A stretch of 35,835 nt of DNA from Verrucomicrobiota bacterium (GCA_043781315.1 JAYWBR010000269.1:1-35835), one strand, 5' to 3'. Positions 7,789 through 18,300 are shown, numbered from the stretch's first letter. Notes: generated by a model not told the origin, from the sequence alone. Program-made: numbers and translations.

Positions 7789-9030
7789 ATGCCATTATTC
7801 CATTACGAAGCGGTGGACCGGAAAGGGCGGACGTTGAAAGGCGAGATGCCCGCCCTCAGCGAATCGAATCTCGAACAAAAACTCATGGGACTGGGGCTGT
7901 GGTTGACGGAGAGCAGCATCGCCCGAGCGCCCGATAAAAATCCCGCCGCCAGCACGGCCCCGGGCCTGTTTTTCACGCGGCTGCGCGGCCGGCGGTTGCG
8001 CCGCGAGCTGATTGATTTTTGCACCGTGATGTCCTATCAGGTGAAAGTTGGCATTCCGCTGGTCAAAGCCCTGGAGGTGTCGCGCCAGGATTGCCGGCAT
8101 CCGGATTTCGGCAACATCCTCGGCAACATCCAAGGCCAGCTCGAATCCGGCCTCCGCCTGCACGAGGCGATGGCGCGCTATCCCACGATTTTTTCCACGC
8201 ACTTCATCAGTGTCGTGCGTTCCGGCGAACTCAGCAGTAAATTGCCGGAGGGATTGGAGGATCTAAAAGACTACCTCGAGTGGCTGGACGAATTGCTGGC
8301 CGAAGTCCGCCAGGCAACCCTCTATCCGGCCATCGTCATGACGGTGATCTTTGGATTTGTGCTCTTCCTGTTTGGTTTCATTATTCCGAAATTTGCCGAA
8401 CTCTTGGACAAGCTGCATGTGCAGCAACCGTTGCTCACCCAGGCCGTTTTCGCCACGGGTGACGTGGTGAAATCATCGTGGTGGATCTGGCTCCCTTTGA
8501 TGATTCTCACCGTGGTCGGAGTGCCCGTCGGCCGCCGGTTTTCGAGCCGCTTCACGCTGTTTGCCGATGCCGTCAAACTCAAGCTGCCCATCTTCGGCCC
8601 GCTCAACCGCATGCTGGCGCTCTCCCGCTTCGCGCACAACCTCTCGATTCTTTACCGGGCCGGCCTGCCGATTTTGCAGGCGTTGGAACTGTGCAAGCGC
8701 GGCCTGATCGGCAACGCCGTGGTTGAAAAAGCTGTGGCCGAGGTGGAGGAGCAGGTGAAAACGGGCAGCACCATCAGCGAAGCGATGCACCAGCAGCCGG
8801 TCTTTTCCGCCATGCTTGTGCGGATGGTGGCGACCGGCGAAGTCACCGGCAACCTCGACGAGGCGCTGGAAACCGTCTCCGACTATTACAACCAGATCAT
8901 TCCCCGCCGGATCAAAGCCATCTTCTCCATCCTTGAGCCGCTGCTGATGTTGTTTCTGATCGCCGTCGTGGGCACCGTGGCGCTCGCCATCTATCTGCCC
9001 ATCATCTCGCTCATGGGAAATATCCGTTGA
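7789..9030 (+). CDS. GspF/PilC/MshG-family inner-membrane platform protein
   Basis: 'MPLFHYEAVDRKG' N-terminus. Two T2SSF repeats ('GIPLVKAL...GELS', 'AGLPILQAL...GEVTGNLDEAL'), 'YPAIV' and 'LEPLL...IYLPI'. Confidence 0.95.
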   Translation: MPLFHYEAVDRKGRTLKGEMPALSESNLEQKLMGLGLWLTESSIARAPDKNPAASTAPGLFFTRLRGRRLRRELIDFCTVMSYQVKVGIPLVKALEVSRQDCRHPDFGNILGNIQGQLESGLRLHEAMARYPTIFSTHFISVVRSGELSSKLPEGLEDLKDYLEWLDELLAEVRQATLYPAIVMTVIFGFVLFLFGFIIPKFAELLDKLHVQQPLLTQAVFATGDVVKSSWWIWLPLMILTVVGVPVGRRFSSRFTLFADAVKLKLPIFGPLNRMLALSRFAHNLSILYRAGLPILQALELCKRGLIGNAVVEKAVAEVEEQVKTGSTISEAMHQQPVFSAMLVRMVATGEVTGNLDEALETVSDYYNQIIPRRIKAIFSILEPLLMLFLIAVVGTVALAIYLPIISLMGNIR

Positions 9031-9115
9031 CCTCACCCGGTTGCGGGGCGGGAGCGGGCGGGGCGGCCGGCGATTTTCTTGGCGGTTGAATTTGAATCCG
9101 CTAGCTTCCCGCGTC

Positions 9116-12100
9116 ATGCGCAACCGAATCATCTGGTCCGTTCCCGTCACCGCGTTTTTTCTGCTGCTGGTCTTTCTGCCCGCGTGTTCGAAAAACAATG
9201 GCGACGCCAAACCCGCCGACCGGAAGGCCGCCGATTCGTTCACGCAATTGATGACGCGCGGCAACGGCTTTTTTGAAAAAGGCGAAAGCACGAATGCCAT
9301 TGCCGCTTATCAAGCAGCCGTGAAGCTCGCGCCAGAGAGTCTGGACGCGCGCTTGAACCTGGCCAACGCCTGCCTGCTCGCGGGCGATGCCGCGAACGCC
9401 ATCGAACAATCCCAGCAGGCGCTGAACCTCGATCACAACAGCGCGGCGGCGTATTATCTGATGGGCTGCGCGCAGTTGCGGCTGGAGCAGGCGGAACCGG
9501 CGGTGAAAAACTTCCAGCAGTCGCAGCATCTTGATCCCGCCGTCACCGCGCTGAATTTTCAGCTTGGCCTCGCGCAGGAAAAACTCGGCCACGTCGAGGA
9601 GGCCATCACGCAGTTTGAATCCGTCGCGAAATTCGAGCCGCAGCATCCGTCGGTTCACTACCGCTTGAGCCGGCTCTACGAACGTGCCGGTCGGAGCGCG
9701 GACGCCGCGCAGGAAATGCAGAAGCATCAGCAGGTGTCTGCGAAAAACGCCGGCGTCACCGCCACGGCCTCCACGTTCGAGCGGTGCAAATACACCTTGC
9801 CGCGCATCGCCTTCGCGTTGGAGCAACCCGACCAGCGCGGGGTTCCCGTAAAATTCGTTGAGGCGACCACGACGGCGTTTGCACAACCGGGAAATTTTCA
9901 TGGGCCGATGGCCGTGGTGGATTTCAGCCACGACGGACGCAACAGTCTTTTTGTTTGTGAAGGTGAAAACGATTTTCGTCTCTTGAACAATGTCGGCGGA
10001 CGCTTTGAGCCGCTCGGCGATTTGTTGCCGGGAAAATCCGGCGCCAATTATCGCCGCGTGCTGGTTGGCGATTTGAGCAATGGACGCACCGAAAGCATCG
10101 TCGTGCTGGGCGAAGCGGCCTCGCACATTTTCAAAGTCGCCACCAACGGCAGCGTCCGCGACGTCACGGCGATGACGGGATTGAAAGCGCTGCAAGGCCG
10201 TGATGGCCTGCTCGCGGATTTGGATTTCACCGGCAAGCTCGACTTGCTCACGGTGCTGCCAAACGGCGGCGGCCTGCGGCTCTATCGCAATCTCGGCAAT
10301 TCATTTTTTCAGGACGCGACGGCGGATTCGGGTCTGCCCGCCGCGCTCGCCGGCGCGGAACAACTCGCGGTCGAAGATTGGAATAACGAAGACGTGCCGG
10401 GAGTTTTTGTGACACAGGCGGGCAAGTCGCCGAGCTTCTTCGCCAAGCAGCGCGCGGGAAATTTTTCACCTGGCGTCGCAACCAACAACTGGCCGTCGGG
10501 GAAGGTTCTCGCCACCGGCGACCTCGACAACGACCTGCGCGCCGATCTCATCTTGGCGGGCGAAAAAAATCTGGAAATTATTTTCGCGGGCACCAAGCCG
10601 AAGTTGAGTCTGCCCCTGAATGGATTGCAGGCAAAAGGACTTTTGCTGACCGACTACGACAACGACGGCTGGCTTGATTTGATTGCCTACGGCAATGGTT
10701 TGCGCGTCTGGCGCAATCAAGGTTCGGCTGGCTTCACGGATGTCACCGCCGTGCTTGGCTTGGACAAGATTTCTTCCGTGGATTCAATTGTCGCCGCCGA
10801 CTTTGATGCGGACGGCGACACGGATTTGATTGTCAGCACGCCGAATGGTTTGCAGTTCTGGCGCAACGACGGCGGCAATGCGAACCACCAACTAAAACTT
10901 CACCTCGTCGGCAATCGCTCGAACGCCAGCGCCCTCGGCTGCCGCGTCGAGGCGGCGGCGGGCAACTGGCGGACGATCCGCACGCTGCACCAGCTTCCGT
11001 TGGAAATCGGCGTCGGCAAACGCGACAAGCTCGATGCGCTGAAAGTTCGCTGGTTTGATCTTGCCAGTTCGCTCGTGGATTTGCCGGTGCCGACGAACAC
11101 GCTGACGCTCGATGAACTGACCTTGCCGTCAGGTTCGTGTCCCTATCTTTACGTTTGGGACGGCCACGGATTCAGATTCGTCACGGACATTCTCGGCGCG
11201 GCACCGCTCGGATTGCCTGTCGCCAAGTCGCATTACATTGACGCCGACCCGGAAGAATTTATCGCACTCGGCGGCGAAGAACATTTCGCGCCGCGCGATG
11301 GCAGCTTTGAAATCCGCCTCACCGAAGAATTGCGCGAAGTGTTGTATCTCGACGAGGCCTCGCTCGTCGCGGTGGATCATCCGGCGGGCACGCTCGTTTT
11401 GCCGACGAGCAAATTACATCCGGGCAAACCGTTTCCGCCGCATGAACTCTGGACGCTGCGGCCTTTCGCTGCGCCGAAACACGCGACGCGCAGCGACGGC
11501 CTTGACGTGACCACCGCACTTGCCCAGACGGATTCGCAAATGGTTTCTCCAGTAAAATTGCGCGAAGCCCAACTGCGCGGACTGGCCGAGCCGTTTTCCG
11601 TGACGCTGGATTTCGGCGAACTGCCCGTGAATCGTCCGCTGGTGCTCGCGCTCAACGGCTGGCTGCGTTTTGGCGGCGGCATGGCGAACATCGGCGCGTC
11701 GCTGGATGCGAGTCTGCCGTTTCCATTTCCGACACTGGAAGCGCAACTTCCCGACGGCTCGTGGAAAAAAGTAGATGTGGATGTGGGCGCGCCGTGCGGC
11801 AAAACCAAAACCATTCTGGTTGATTTGGAAAACAAACTGCCAGCCGGTGCGCGGCAACTGCGGCTGACGACGGCGTTTGAAATTCACTGGGACTCCGCCG
11901 CGTTATGCGAAAAAGTTTCCGCCGCTGCAAATCAGCAATTTCAACTCCCGGCCACATACACCGACTTGCACTGGCGCGGCTTCAGCGAGTTTCGAGATTT
12001 ACCCGCGAGCCTGCCGCTCACGCCGGATTACGCGAAAGTTCACGACGGTCCACCGTGGCGACGCACGCCGTCCGGCTGGTGCACACGCTACGGCGAAGTG

Positions 12101-12427
12101 AATGAACTGGTTTCCAAGAGCGACGATGCGCTCGCCTTACTCAACGGCGGCGACGAACTGGCGTTGTCATTTCCCGCCGGGCAGTTGCCGCCGAAGCCCG
12201 CCGGGTTTGTGCGCGATTTTTTCCTGCATGTCGTCGGCTGGGACAAGGACGCGGATTTCCACGTCGGCCAGGGCTGGCGCGTCGAGCCGCTGCCATTTCG
12301 CGGCATGGATGATCAGGCTTATGATGCGTTGCCGGATTCATCGGCAACCAACAATGCGTGGATTCAAAAATACAACACGCGCTGGGTCGGGCCGCTGGTG
12401 TTGGGTCGAATCAGAGCTGACAATTGA
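9116..12427 (+). CDS. Lipoprotein with TPR repeats, FG-GAP/VCBS repeats and ASPIC/UnbV domain (CRTAC1-like)
   Basis: Signal ending LPA|C and TPR helices. Ca-binding-type repeats (DLDFTGKLDL, DLDNDLRADL, DYDNDGWLDL, DFDADGDTDL), 'RSNASALGCRV...VRW' and a C-terminal 'SCPYLYVWDG' domain. Start moved to ATG 9116. Confidence 0.88.
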   Translation: MRNRIIWSVPVTAFFLLLVFLPACSKNNGDAKPADRKAADSFTQLMTRGNGFFEKGESTNAIAAYQAAVKLAPESLDARLNLANACLLAGDAANAIEQSQQALNLDHNSAAAYYLMGCAQLRLEQAEPAVKNFQQSQHLDPAVTALNFQLGLAQEKLGHVEEAITQFESVAKFEPQHPSVHYRLSRLYERAGRSADAAQEMQKHQQVSAKNAGVTATASTFERCKYTLPRIAFALEQPDQRGVPVKFVEATTTAFAQPGNFHGPMAVVDFSHDGRNSLFVCEGENDFRLLNNVGGRFEPLGDLLPGKSGANYRRVLVGDLSNGRTESIVVLGEAASHIFKVATNGSVRDVTAMTGLKALQGRDGLLADLDFTGKLDLLTVLPNGGGLRLYRNLGNSFFQDATADSGLPAALAGAEQLAVEDWNNEDVPGVFVTQAGKSPSFFAKQRAGNFSPGVATNNWPSGKVLATGDLDNDLRADLILAGEKNLEIIFAGTKPKLSLPLNGLQAKGLLLTDYDNDGWLDLIAYGNGLRVWRNQGSAGFTDVTAVLGLDKISSVDSIVAADFDADGDTDLIVSTPNGLQFWRNDGGNANHQLKLHLVGNRSNASALGCRVEAAAGNWRTIRTLHQLPLEIGVGKRDKLDALKVRWFDLASSLVDLPVPTNTLTLDELTLPSGSCPYLYVWDGHGFRFVTDILGAAPLGLPVAKSHYIDADPEEFIALGGEEHFAPRDGSFEIRLTEELREVLYLDEASLVAVDHPAGTLVLPTSKLHPGKPFPPHELWTLRPFAAPKHATRSDGLDVTTALAQTDSQMVSPVKLREAQLRGLAEPFSVTLDFGELPVNRPLVLALNGWLRFGGGMANIGASLDASLPFPFPTLEAQLPDGSWKKVDVDVGAPCGKTKTILVDLENKLPAGARQLRLTTAFEIHWDSAALCEKVSAAANQQFQLPATYTDLHWRGFSEFRDLPASLPLTPDYAKVHDGPPWRRTPSGWCTRYGEVNELVSKSDDALALLNGGDELALSFPAGQLPPKPAGFVRDFFLHVVGWDKDADFHVGQGWRVEPLPFRGMDDQAYDALPDSSATNNAWIQKYNTRWVGPLVLGRIRADN

Positions 12428-12482
12428 ACCCCGCAAATCACTTTTGGTTTGATTGGCTTGCGTTGGCGGTGCGGTGCGGTGC

Positions 12483-14045
12483 CTAGCCGACCAGCAAGCC
12501 CATCTGGGCCAGTTTCTTCAAATTGTTCTCGAGGTCGGCTTTGACTTTCAGCCGCGCGGCGGCTTCATCGTTGTCCTGCACGACCAGCGCTTTTTTTGAT
12601 TTTAACAACTGCCAGATTTTCTCTAGCAACGCGTCGTGGTCGAGCGTGCCATCCAGCGAGGACAGCAGGCAGCGGCCGATCTCGTCCTCGATTTTCACGG
12701 CGACGTGAAATTGCGACGTGACAAAATCACCATGCTGCACCTGCCGCCGCGTCAGGGGACTGACCACGGGGCGGGCGCTGACCGTGCGGGCGATCTTTGG
12801 CGCGACCGTGCGGAATTCCACGACGCCCGCGCTGTAAAGTTCCAGGAGAAACGCGGAAAATTTTTCCGGCGTCTGATCCTCGGTGCTTACGGAAATCCCC
12901 GCGGCGGCGAGGTGGGCGACGGCGCGCTGCCGCAGTTCGTCGAAGGGCAGGGGCAGGGGATCCAGCACACTGAGCAGGTCGAGTGCAGCTTTGCCGAGCG
13001 GAAAATCGGTGGCGCAGCGCGCACCCTTGGTGGTCAGGTAGGTGACGGTGACGCCGGGCTGCAAATTGTTTTCGCCGCCGGAACATTTGGCGGAGGAGGA
13101 GATGAAAAAGCCGGCGATTTTTTGCGGAGCCGGCTCGCTGTTCGCCGGGGCGTCGGCCAGGCACAGCAGCGTCTGGCGAAAGCGGCGGCATTTGAGGAAA
13201 TCCAGATATTGCTCGCGCAGGAGGCGGTTTTGGCCGAGCTGTTTCAAGGTTTCGCGGGTGGCGTCGTTGAAGCCGTAATCAAACATTTCGAAGAAGTCAG
13301 CCTCGCCGAGATATTTCAGGCCGTGCGGTTCAGCCTGCTGGATGAATTGCGTGAAGTAGTACGGGTCGCTGATTTCTGCGAGTTCGTCGTGGAACAAGTG
13401 GCCCTTTTCGTGGCCGAGGATGTGCGTCAATTCCGCCTTGATCCATTGGCGATATTCGTCCTTGGAGTCCTGCGCGTTCGCGAGAAATTGGATGAAGGCC
13501 TCCGTCTGCCGCACCCGCTCCTGCGGCGCCGCCAGCCCGCGCACATGAAAGAGCATCATCTCGCGCAGCATGGTGCGCAGATGCGAGCCGGGCAGGGCGT
13601 TGTAGCTGATGAAGGCGATGCCATGCGGAGCCAGATGCTTGCGGCACAGCGACAGCACCGATTCGCGAACCTGCGGCGGCACCCAGGAAAAAAGTCCGTG
13701 CGCAAGGATGTAATCAAATTTTCCCTGGTCGGCGGCGAATTCAGTGACGCTGCCGTGCAGCAGCGTCACATTCTTCAGGCCGAGTTCGCGGATGGCCTCC
13801 TGACCCTGGGCAACGGGCTGGGCGGCGAGGTCAATGCCGACAAATTCGCTCTCCGGAAGTCCGCACGCCATGGGGAGGAGATTGCTGCCGTTGCCGCAGC
13901 CGAGTTCCAGCACGCGGCAACGGCTGACCGGCGCGGGTTCAAGGCCGAAGAGCAGCCCGATCACCGCCAGCCGGTCGGGGTGTGTTTGCGGATGCGTGTA
14001 ACTCGGATAGGCGATCACGTCGTAGCTGGTGGGTGGGTTGGGCAT
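12483..14045 (-). CDS. Class I SAM-dependent methyltransferase with methyltransferase-regulatory domain (PKMT-like)
   Basis: 'YPSYTHPQTHPDRL', 'RVLELGCGNGSN', 'FDYILAHGLFSWVP', 'ISYNALPG', 'LFHDEL' and 'EQYLDFLKCRRFRQTLLC'. Start moved to ATG 14045. Confidence 0.88.
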   Translation of the reverse strand: MPNPPTSYDVIAYPSYTHPQTHPDRLAVIGLLFGLEPAPVSRCRVLELGCGNGSNLLPMACGLPESEFVGIDLAAQPVAQGQEAIRELGLKNVTLLHGSVTEFAADQGKFDYILAHGLFSWVPPQVRESVLSLCRKHLAPHGIAFISYNALPGSHLRTMLREMMLFHVRGLAAPQERVRQTEAFIQFLANAQDSKDEYRQWIKAELTHILGHEKGHLFHDELAEISDPYYFTQFIQQAEPHGLKYLGEADFFEMFDYGFNDATRETLKQLGQNRLLREQYLDFLKCRRFRQTLLCLADAPANSEPAPQKIAGFFISSSAKCSGGENNLQPGVTVTYLTTKGARCATDFPLGKAALDLLSVLDPLPLPFDELRQRAVAHLAAAGISVSTEDQTPEKFSAFLLELYSAGVVEFRTVAPKIARTVSARPVVSPLTRRQVQHGDFVTSQFHVAVKIEDEIGRCLLSSLDGTLDHDALLEKIWQLLKSKKALVVQDNDEAAARLKVKADLENNLKKLAQMGLLVG

Positions 14046-14218
14046 GGTGTTTAAAATTGTTCCAGGGTTGCGGTACGTCGGCGGCGATGATTTTGCAGAA
14101 CGAGGCATTTGGCAAGTTTGCTTAACTGAAATCGCGCCGGAAAAAACCTGATCCAACCAGCCTGGCAAACCAAATTCCTGCTGACAGAACGGGAAAATTC
14201 TGGAATGAGTAGCCGCAC

Positions 14219-15301
14219 ATGAAAACCCATTTCTCACTCGCTGCGATGTCGGCGATTCTTTCCGGCACGCTCTGGTTCACGGGCACTTGCTCCCTGGCCG
14301 CCGGGGGCTACCAGATTTTTGTCTCCAACGAAAAATCCGGCGACCTCACGGTCATCAGCGGCGGCGATTTCAAGGTCACCGCCACCATTCCCGTCGGCAA
14401 ACGCCCGCGTGGTATTCACGCCAGCCCCGATGGCAAGACGGTTTATGTCGCTCTCAGTGGCACGCCCATCGAGCCGCCGCCGCCGCTCGATGCCGCCGGC
14501 AATCCGATCCTGAAAAAAAATTCCGACGACGACGATGACAAGGCCAAGGCCGACAAATCCGCCGACGGCATCGGCCTCGTGGATGCGGCGGGGAGAAAAT
14601 TTTTGCGCAAAATTCCGGCCGGCTCCGATCCCGAGCAGTTCTGCCTGAGTCCCGACGGCTCGCGCATTTACATCGCCAACGAAGATGTGGGGGCGGCGAC
14701 GATCCTCAATGCCACCAATGGAAAAGTGATCACCTTCGTCCCGGTCAGCCGCGAGCCGGAGGGGGTGGGCATCAGCCCGGACGGGCGTTTTTTTTACGTG
14801 ACGTGCGAGACGGCCGGCGATGTTTTTGCGATTGATGCGAAGACTTACAAAGTCATCGGCCATCTGACTGTGCATCCGCGTCCGCGCAGCGTGGCGTTTG
14901 TGCCGGACGGTTCGCGCGCTTTCATCCCCTCGGAATCGGTCGGTGAACTGAACGTGATTGACACTACGAACCAGACGCTGCTGAAAGTCGTCACGTTGCC
15001 GAAAGGGTCTCGTCCGATGACGGTGAAAGTTTCCGCCGACGGAAAAAAGATTTACGCCAGCACCGGTCGCGGCGGCTCGGTGGTTGTGCTGGATGCGAAT
15101 ACGTACGAACTGTTGAACACAATTGCCGTGGGCAAACGTCCGTGGGGCATCGCGTTTTCGCCGGACGGAAAATTTCTTTTTTCCGCGAACGGCCCATCCG
15201 ACGACGTCTCGGTCGTGGATCTGGCCACGGAAAAGGAGATCGCCCGCGTCAAATCACCCGGCGGCCCGTGGGGCATTGTCACCGTGCCGGATCAGAAATA
15301 A
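14219..15301 (+). CDS. Secreted YVTN/YncE-type beta-propeller protein
   Basis: Signal peptide, then repeats 'IPVGKRPRGIHASPDGKTVYV', 'VSREPEGVGISPDGRFFYV' and 'IAVGKRPWGIAFSPDGKFLF'. Confidence 0.88.
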   Translation: MKTHFSLAAMSAILSGTLWFTGTCSLAAGGYQIFVSNEKSGDLTVISGGDFKVTATIPVGKRPRGIHASPDGKTVYVALSGTPIEPPPPLDAAGNPILKKNSDDDDDKAKADKSADGIGLVDAAGRKFLRKIPAGSDPEQFCLSPDGSRIYIANEDVGAATILNATNGKVITFVPVSREPEGVGISPDGRFFYVTCETAGDVFAIDAKTYKVIGHLTVHPRPRSVAFVPDGSRAFIPSESVGELNVIDTTNQTLLKVVTLPKGSRPMTVKVSADGKKIYASTGRGGSVVVLDANTYELLNTIAVGKRPWGIAFSPDGKFLFSANGPSDDVSVVDLATEKEIARVKSPGGPWGIVTVPDQK

Positions 15302-15324
15302 AGCCTGTTCGGACAATCAACCGC

Positions 15325-18300
15325 TCAGGGCTTGAGCACGCGATAGAACCGGCGCGGGTAGTTGCCTGCTCCCGGGTCAACCAGTTGGAAGAGGTTGGTC
15401 ACCGCGACATTGGTGTTGAGCGGAACCCAGTTCACCAGATTGCTGCTGGCCTGCAGAACGTAGGTCTGGCCGGGCGCGCCCAGGAAACCAAGTTGGAACG
15501 ATCCATTCGTCCCGAAGCCAAGCGTCGTGAACTTCATCGGCTGGATCGTGAACAGCGCGCTGACGGTCACGCTGTTGACGTAGCCGGTCGCGAAGGCGCT
15601 GGCCGAGAGCGTGAGATTGCTCGTCAGCGACAACGGCGCGGCGTAGAGGAACGAATTGGTTGTCGGCAGCGAGCCGTCGAACGTGAAATAAATCAGCACG
15701 TTCGTGTTGGGCGCGGCGAACGTGACGTTCGCGAGCGAGGTGAACGTGCCGCCGTTCGGCGTGATGCTCGGCGGCGCGAGCGCGGGCGTGCCGGCGAGGC
15801 TGTTGATCCAGTCGCCAACGACTTGCACGGCGTTCGAATCAATCAAGCTGCGCGCGAGCGGCGGCATTTTGTAAGTGTTCGTGGCGGTGTTCATGCGGAC
15901 GTGCAGCACGGAGCGCCAGATGTCCTTCGGCTGGACGACGTGTGCGTTGTCAATGCCGAGCGACGACGATGCGAACGTGCCGACGATGTTCTGGCCGGCG
16001 AGCGGCGTGTCGAAGCGCGCATCGAACGTGATGCCTTGCCCGCCGGGGCGATGGCACTGCGCGCAATTCGCGTCGAGGTAGGAGCGTGCGCGCAGTTCGA
16101 GCGAGGCGGTGGTGTTCGTGAGCGCGAACATTTTTGAGTAGCCGGAAATGTTCGTCTCATTGAAGGCGGGATACAAAAGTCCAAGCCGGTTCAACGTGCG
16201 GAGCTGGTTGTCGGAATTTCCCGTCGCGGGATAAGTCACGTTGCCGTTGAGCTGGCGCGTGTTGACGCCGAGAACGTAACCCGACTGCGGCGTGTGGCAG
16301 GTCAAACAATCCGCCGGACTCGGATAATACCACGACTGCGTCCGCACGCCGCTGGCGTTGGTGATCGTGATGTCCTCGCTCAAACTCGACGAGAGCAGGT
16401 CGGCCTCGCTGTTGTCCGCGCGCCATTTGTAAGTGACGCCATAGACCGCGCCGTTGATGTCGCGCACGAGCAGCCGCGTTTCGAGACGGCGCGGCGGAAC
16501 ATTCGTGTTCGTTTCATCCACGACGAGATCAAAGTTTTTCACGAAGACCGTGCCGGCCGGGAACGTCCACGCGTTGTTTGTGGTGAATCCGATTTGTTTG
16601 TCCGGCGTGATGAGCGCGCTGTTGTTCGGCACGGCCAGCAAACGGGATTTCTGCGCCGCGTCGGACCAGAGCGCGGTGTTTGGATTGTAGGGAATGAAAC
16701 CGCCCGCCGCCGTGCGCGCCGGCGTGTTCGCAAACGCGCCGCTGCCGGAGAGCAACGCGGGCATCGCGCCGCCGCCCGTTGTGGGCATGCTGCCGAACGC
16801 GGCGAAAGTTCCGTTCGTCGTGAGGCCGTAAGGCTGTCCGCTCGCGGCAGCGACGGTGATGCTCACCGGCGCAGACGTGCTGACGAGTCCGCTGCCGTCA
16901 GTCGCGACGGCGGTGAGTGCGTAGCTGCCCGCGCCGAGTCCGGTCGCGGTCAGGAAATACGACGGCGCATACGGACTGTTGCTCAACGTGCCGAGCAGAT
17001 TTCCGTTGGCGTAAAAACTCACCGTTCTGATCGGATTGTTCGGCGCGTCGGCATCCGTGCCGAGCGTGACGCTGGCGCTTGCGGTGTAACTCGCGCCGTT
17101 CGCGGGCATCGTCAGCACGACGCTCGGCGGCGGATTCGTGAACGGATACAACTGCGTCTGCGGAATCACGCCAAGCGCAGTGGACACGCTGCTCCACAGC
17201 AGTTGCGCGACGGTGGTGTTCGCGTTCTGGAAATATTCCAGCCGCACGTTGTAAAGCTGCTGCGCGTTGAGCGTGATTGCGCCGCTATTCGTCGCCGCGT
17301 TCGTGTGCGGCGTCCAATCGTTGACGAGCAACTGGCCGTTGACCCACAGCCGCACGCCGTCGTCGGCAATCGTCGTGAACGTGTAGTTCTCGGTGAACTG
17401 CGGCTGCACGCAGCCCGTCCAGCGCGCGGTGAAATTCGTCTGGCCCACGGCGGCGCTCGGCGGCGTGCTGCTCCAGTTGAAATTCACCACGGCATCGGTG
17501 CGCGTCAGCGTGGCCGCCGTCGCGAAATTCACGTTCGAGAAAACCACCGCCGTGGTGTTCGACCAATATTGACCGAGCAAGCCCGTGCCGTTGCCGAGCG
17601 CGGCAGTGTTGATGAAGGACGCCGTCGCCACCGCGCTGTTGGCCGCCCCGGATTTCACGGCCATGGCGGAGACGTTCAGCGTGGTCGTCACGACGAACGG
17701 CGCAGTGTAGAGCAGCGAGTTGGTCGTGGGCGTTGTGCCGTCGAGCGTGTAATAAATCGTCGCGCCGGGCGTGGCGTCGGCGAGCGTGACGGTGACGGAG
17801 TTCGTGTAGCTCGCGCCGTTCGGCGAAATCGTGGGCGTGGCGAGGAAGGTGTTGAAACCATAAATGTTCAGCGCGTATTGCGCGCCGACATAAACTTTTC
17901 CGTTGGCGACGGTGGGCGTGATCATCTTGATGCCGCCGCCGGGATTGTCGCGCGCGAGGAGCTGGCTGCTGCTGTAAAGCGTCGCGAGGTTCGTCGCGTT
18001 GTAGGCGTAGAGCACTTCCGTCGCGCCGCCGCCCGCGCCATTGATGACCCAGACGATGCCGTTGTTCGTGCCGTTGGCGGAGACGACCGGCCCGCCGTTG
18101 TAAGCGCCGAACGACGCGCCCGCCGTGGCGAACGCCGTCGCATTGATGTTCGCGTTGGAGATCGAAAAACCTTTCATCGCGGCGTTCGCGGGCTGGTAGA
18201 ACAGACGGTTGTTCCAATACGCGGGCGAACTCCAGATCTGCGCGGTCGCGCCGATGACGGACTGCACGATCTGATTGTTGTTCGCCGCGTTGAAGCCGCC

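Noticed and set aside
5894-7795. Long antisense or alternate-frame ORFs (also 12636-14054, 16294-18411, 20479-22005, 23277-24926, 28300-29820, 31775-33175, 33559-34986)
   Set aside because: They overlap well-supported genes on the opposite strand. This is expected in high-GC DNA, and none has family motifs.
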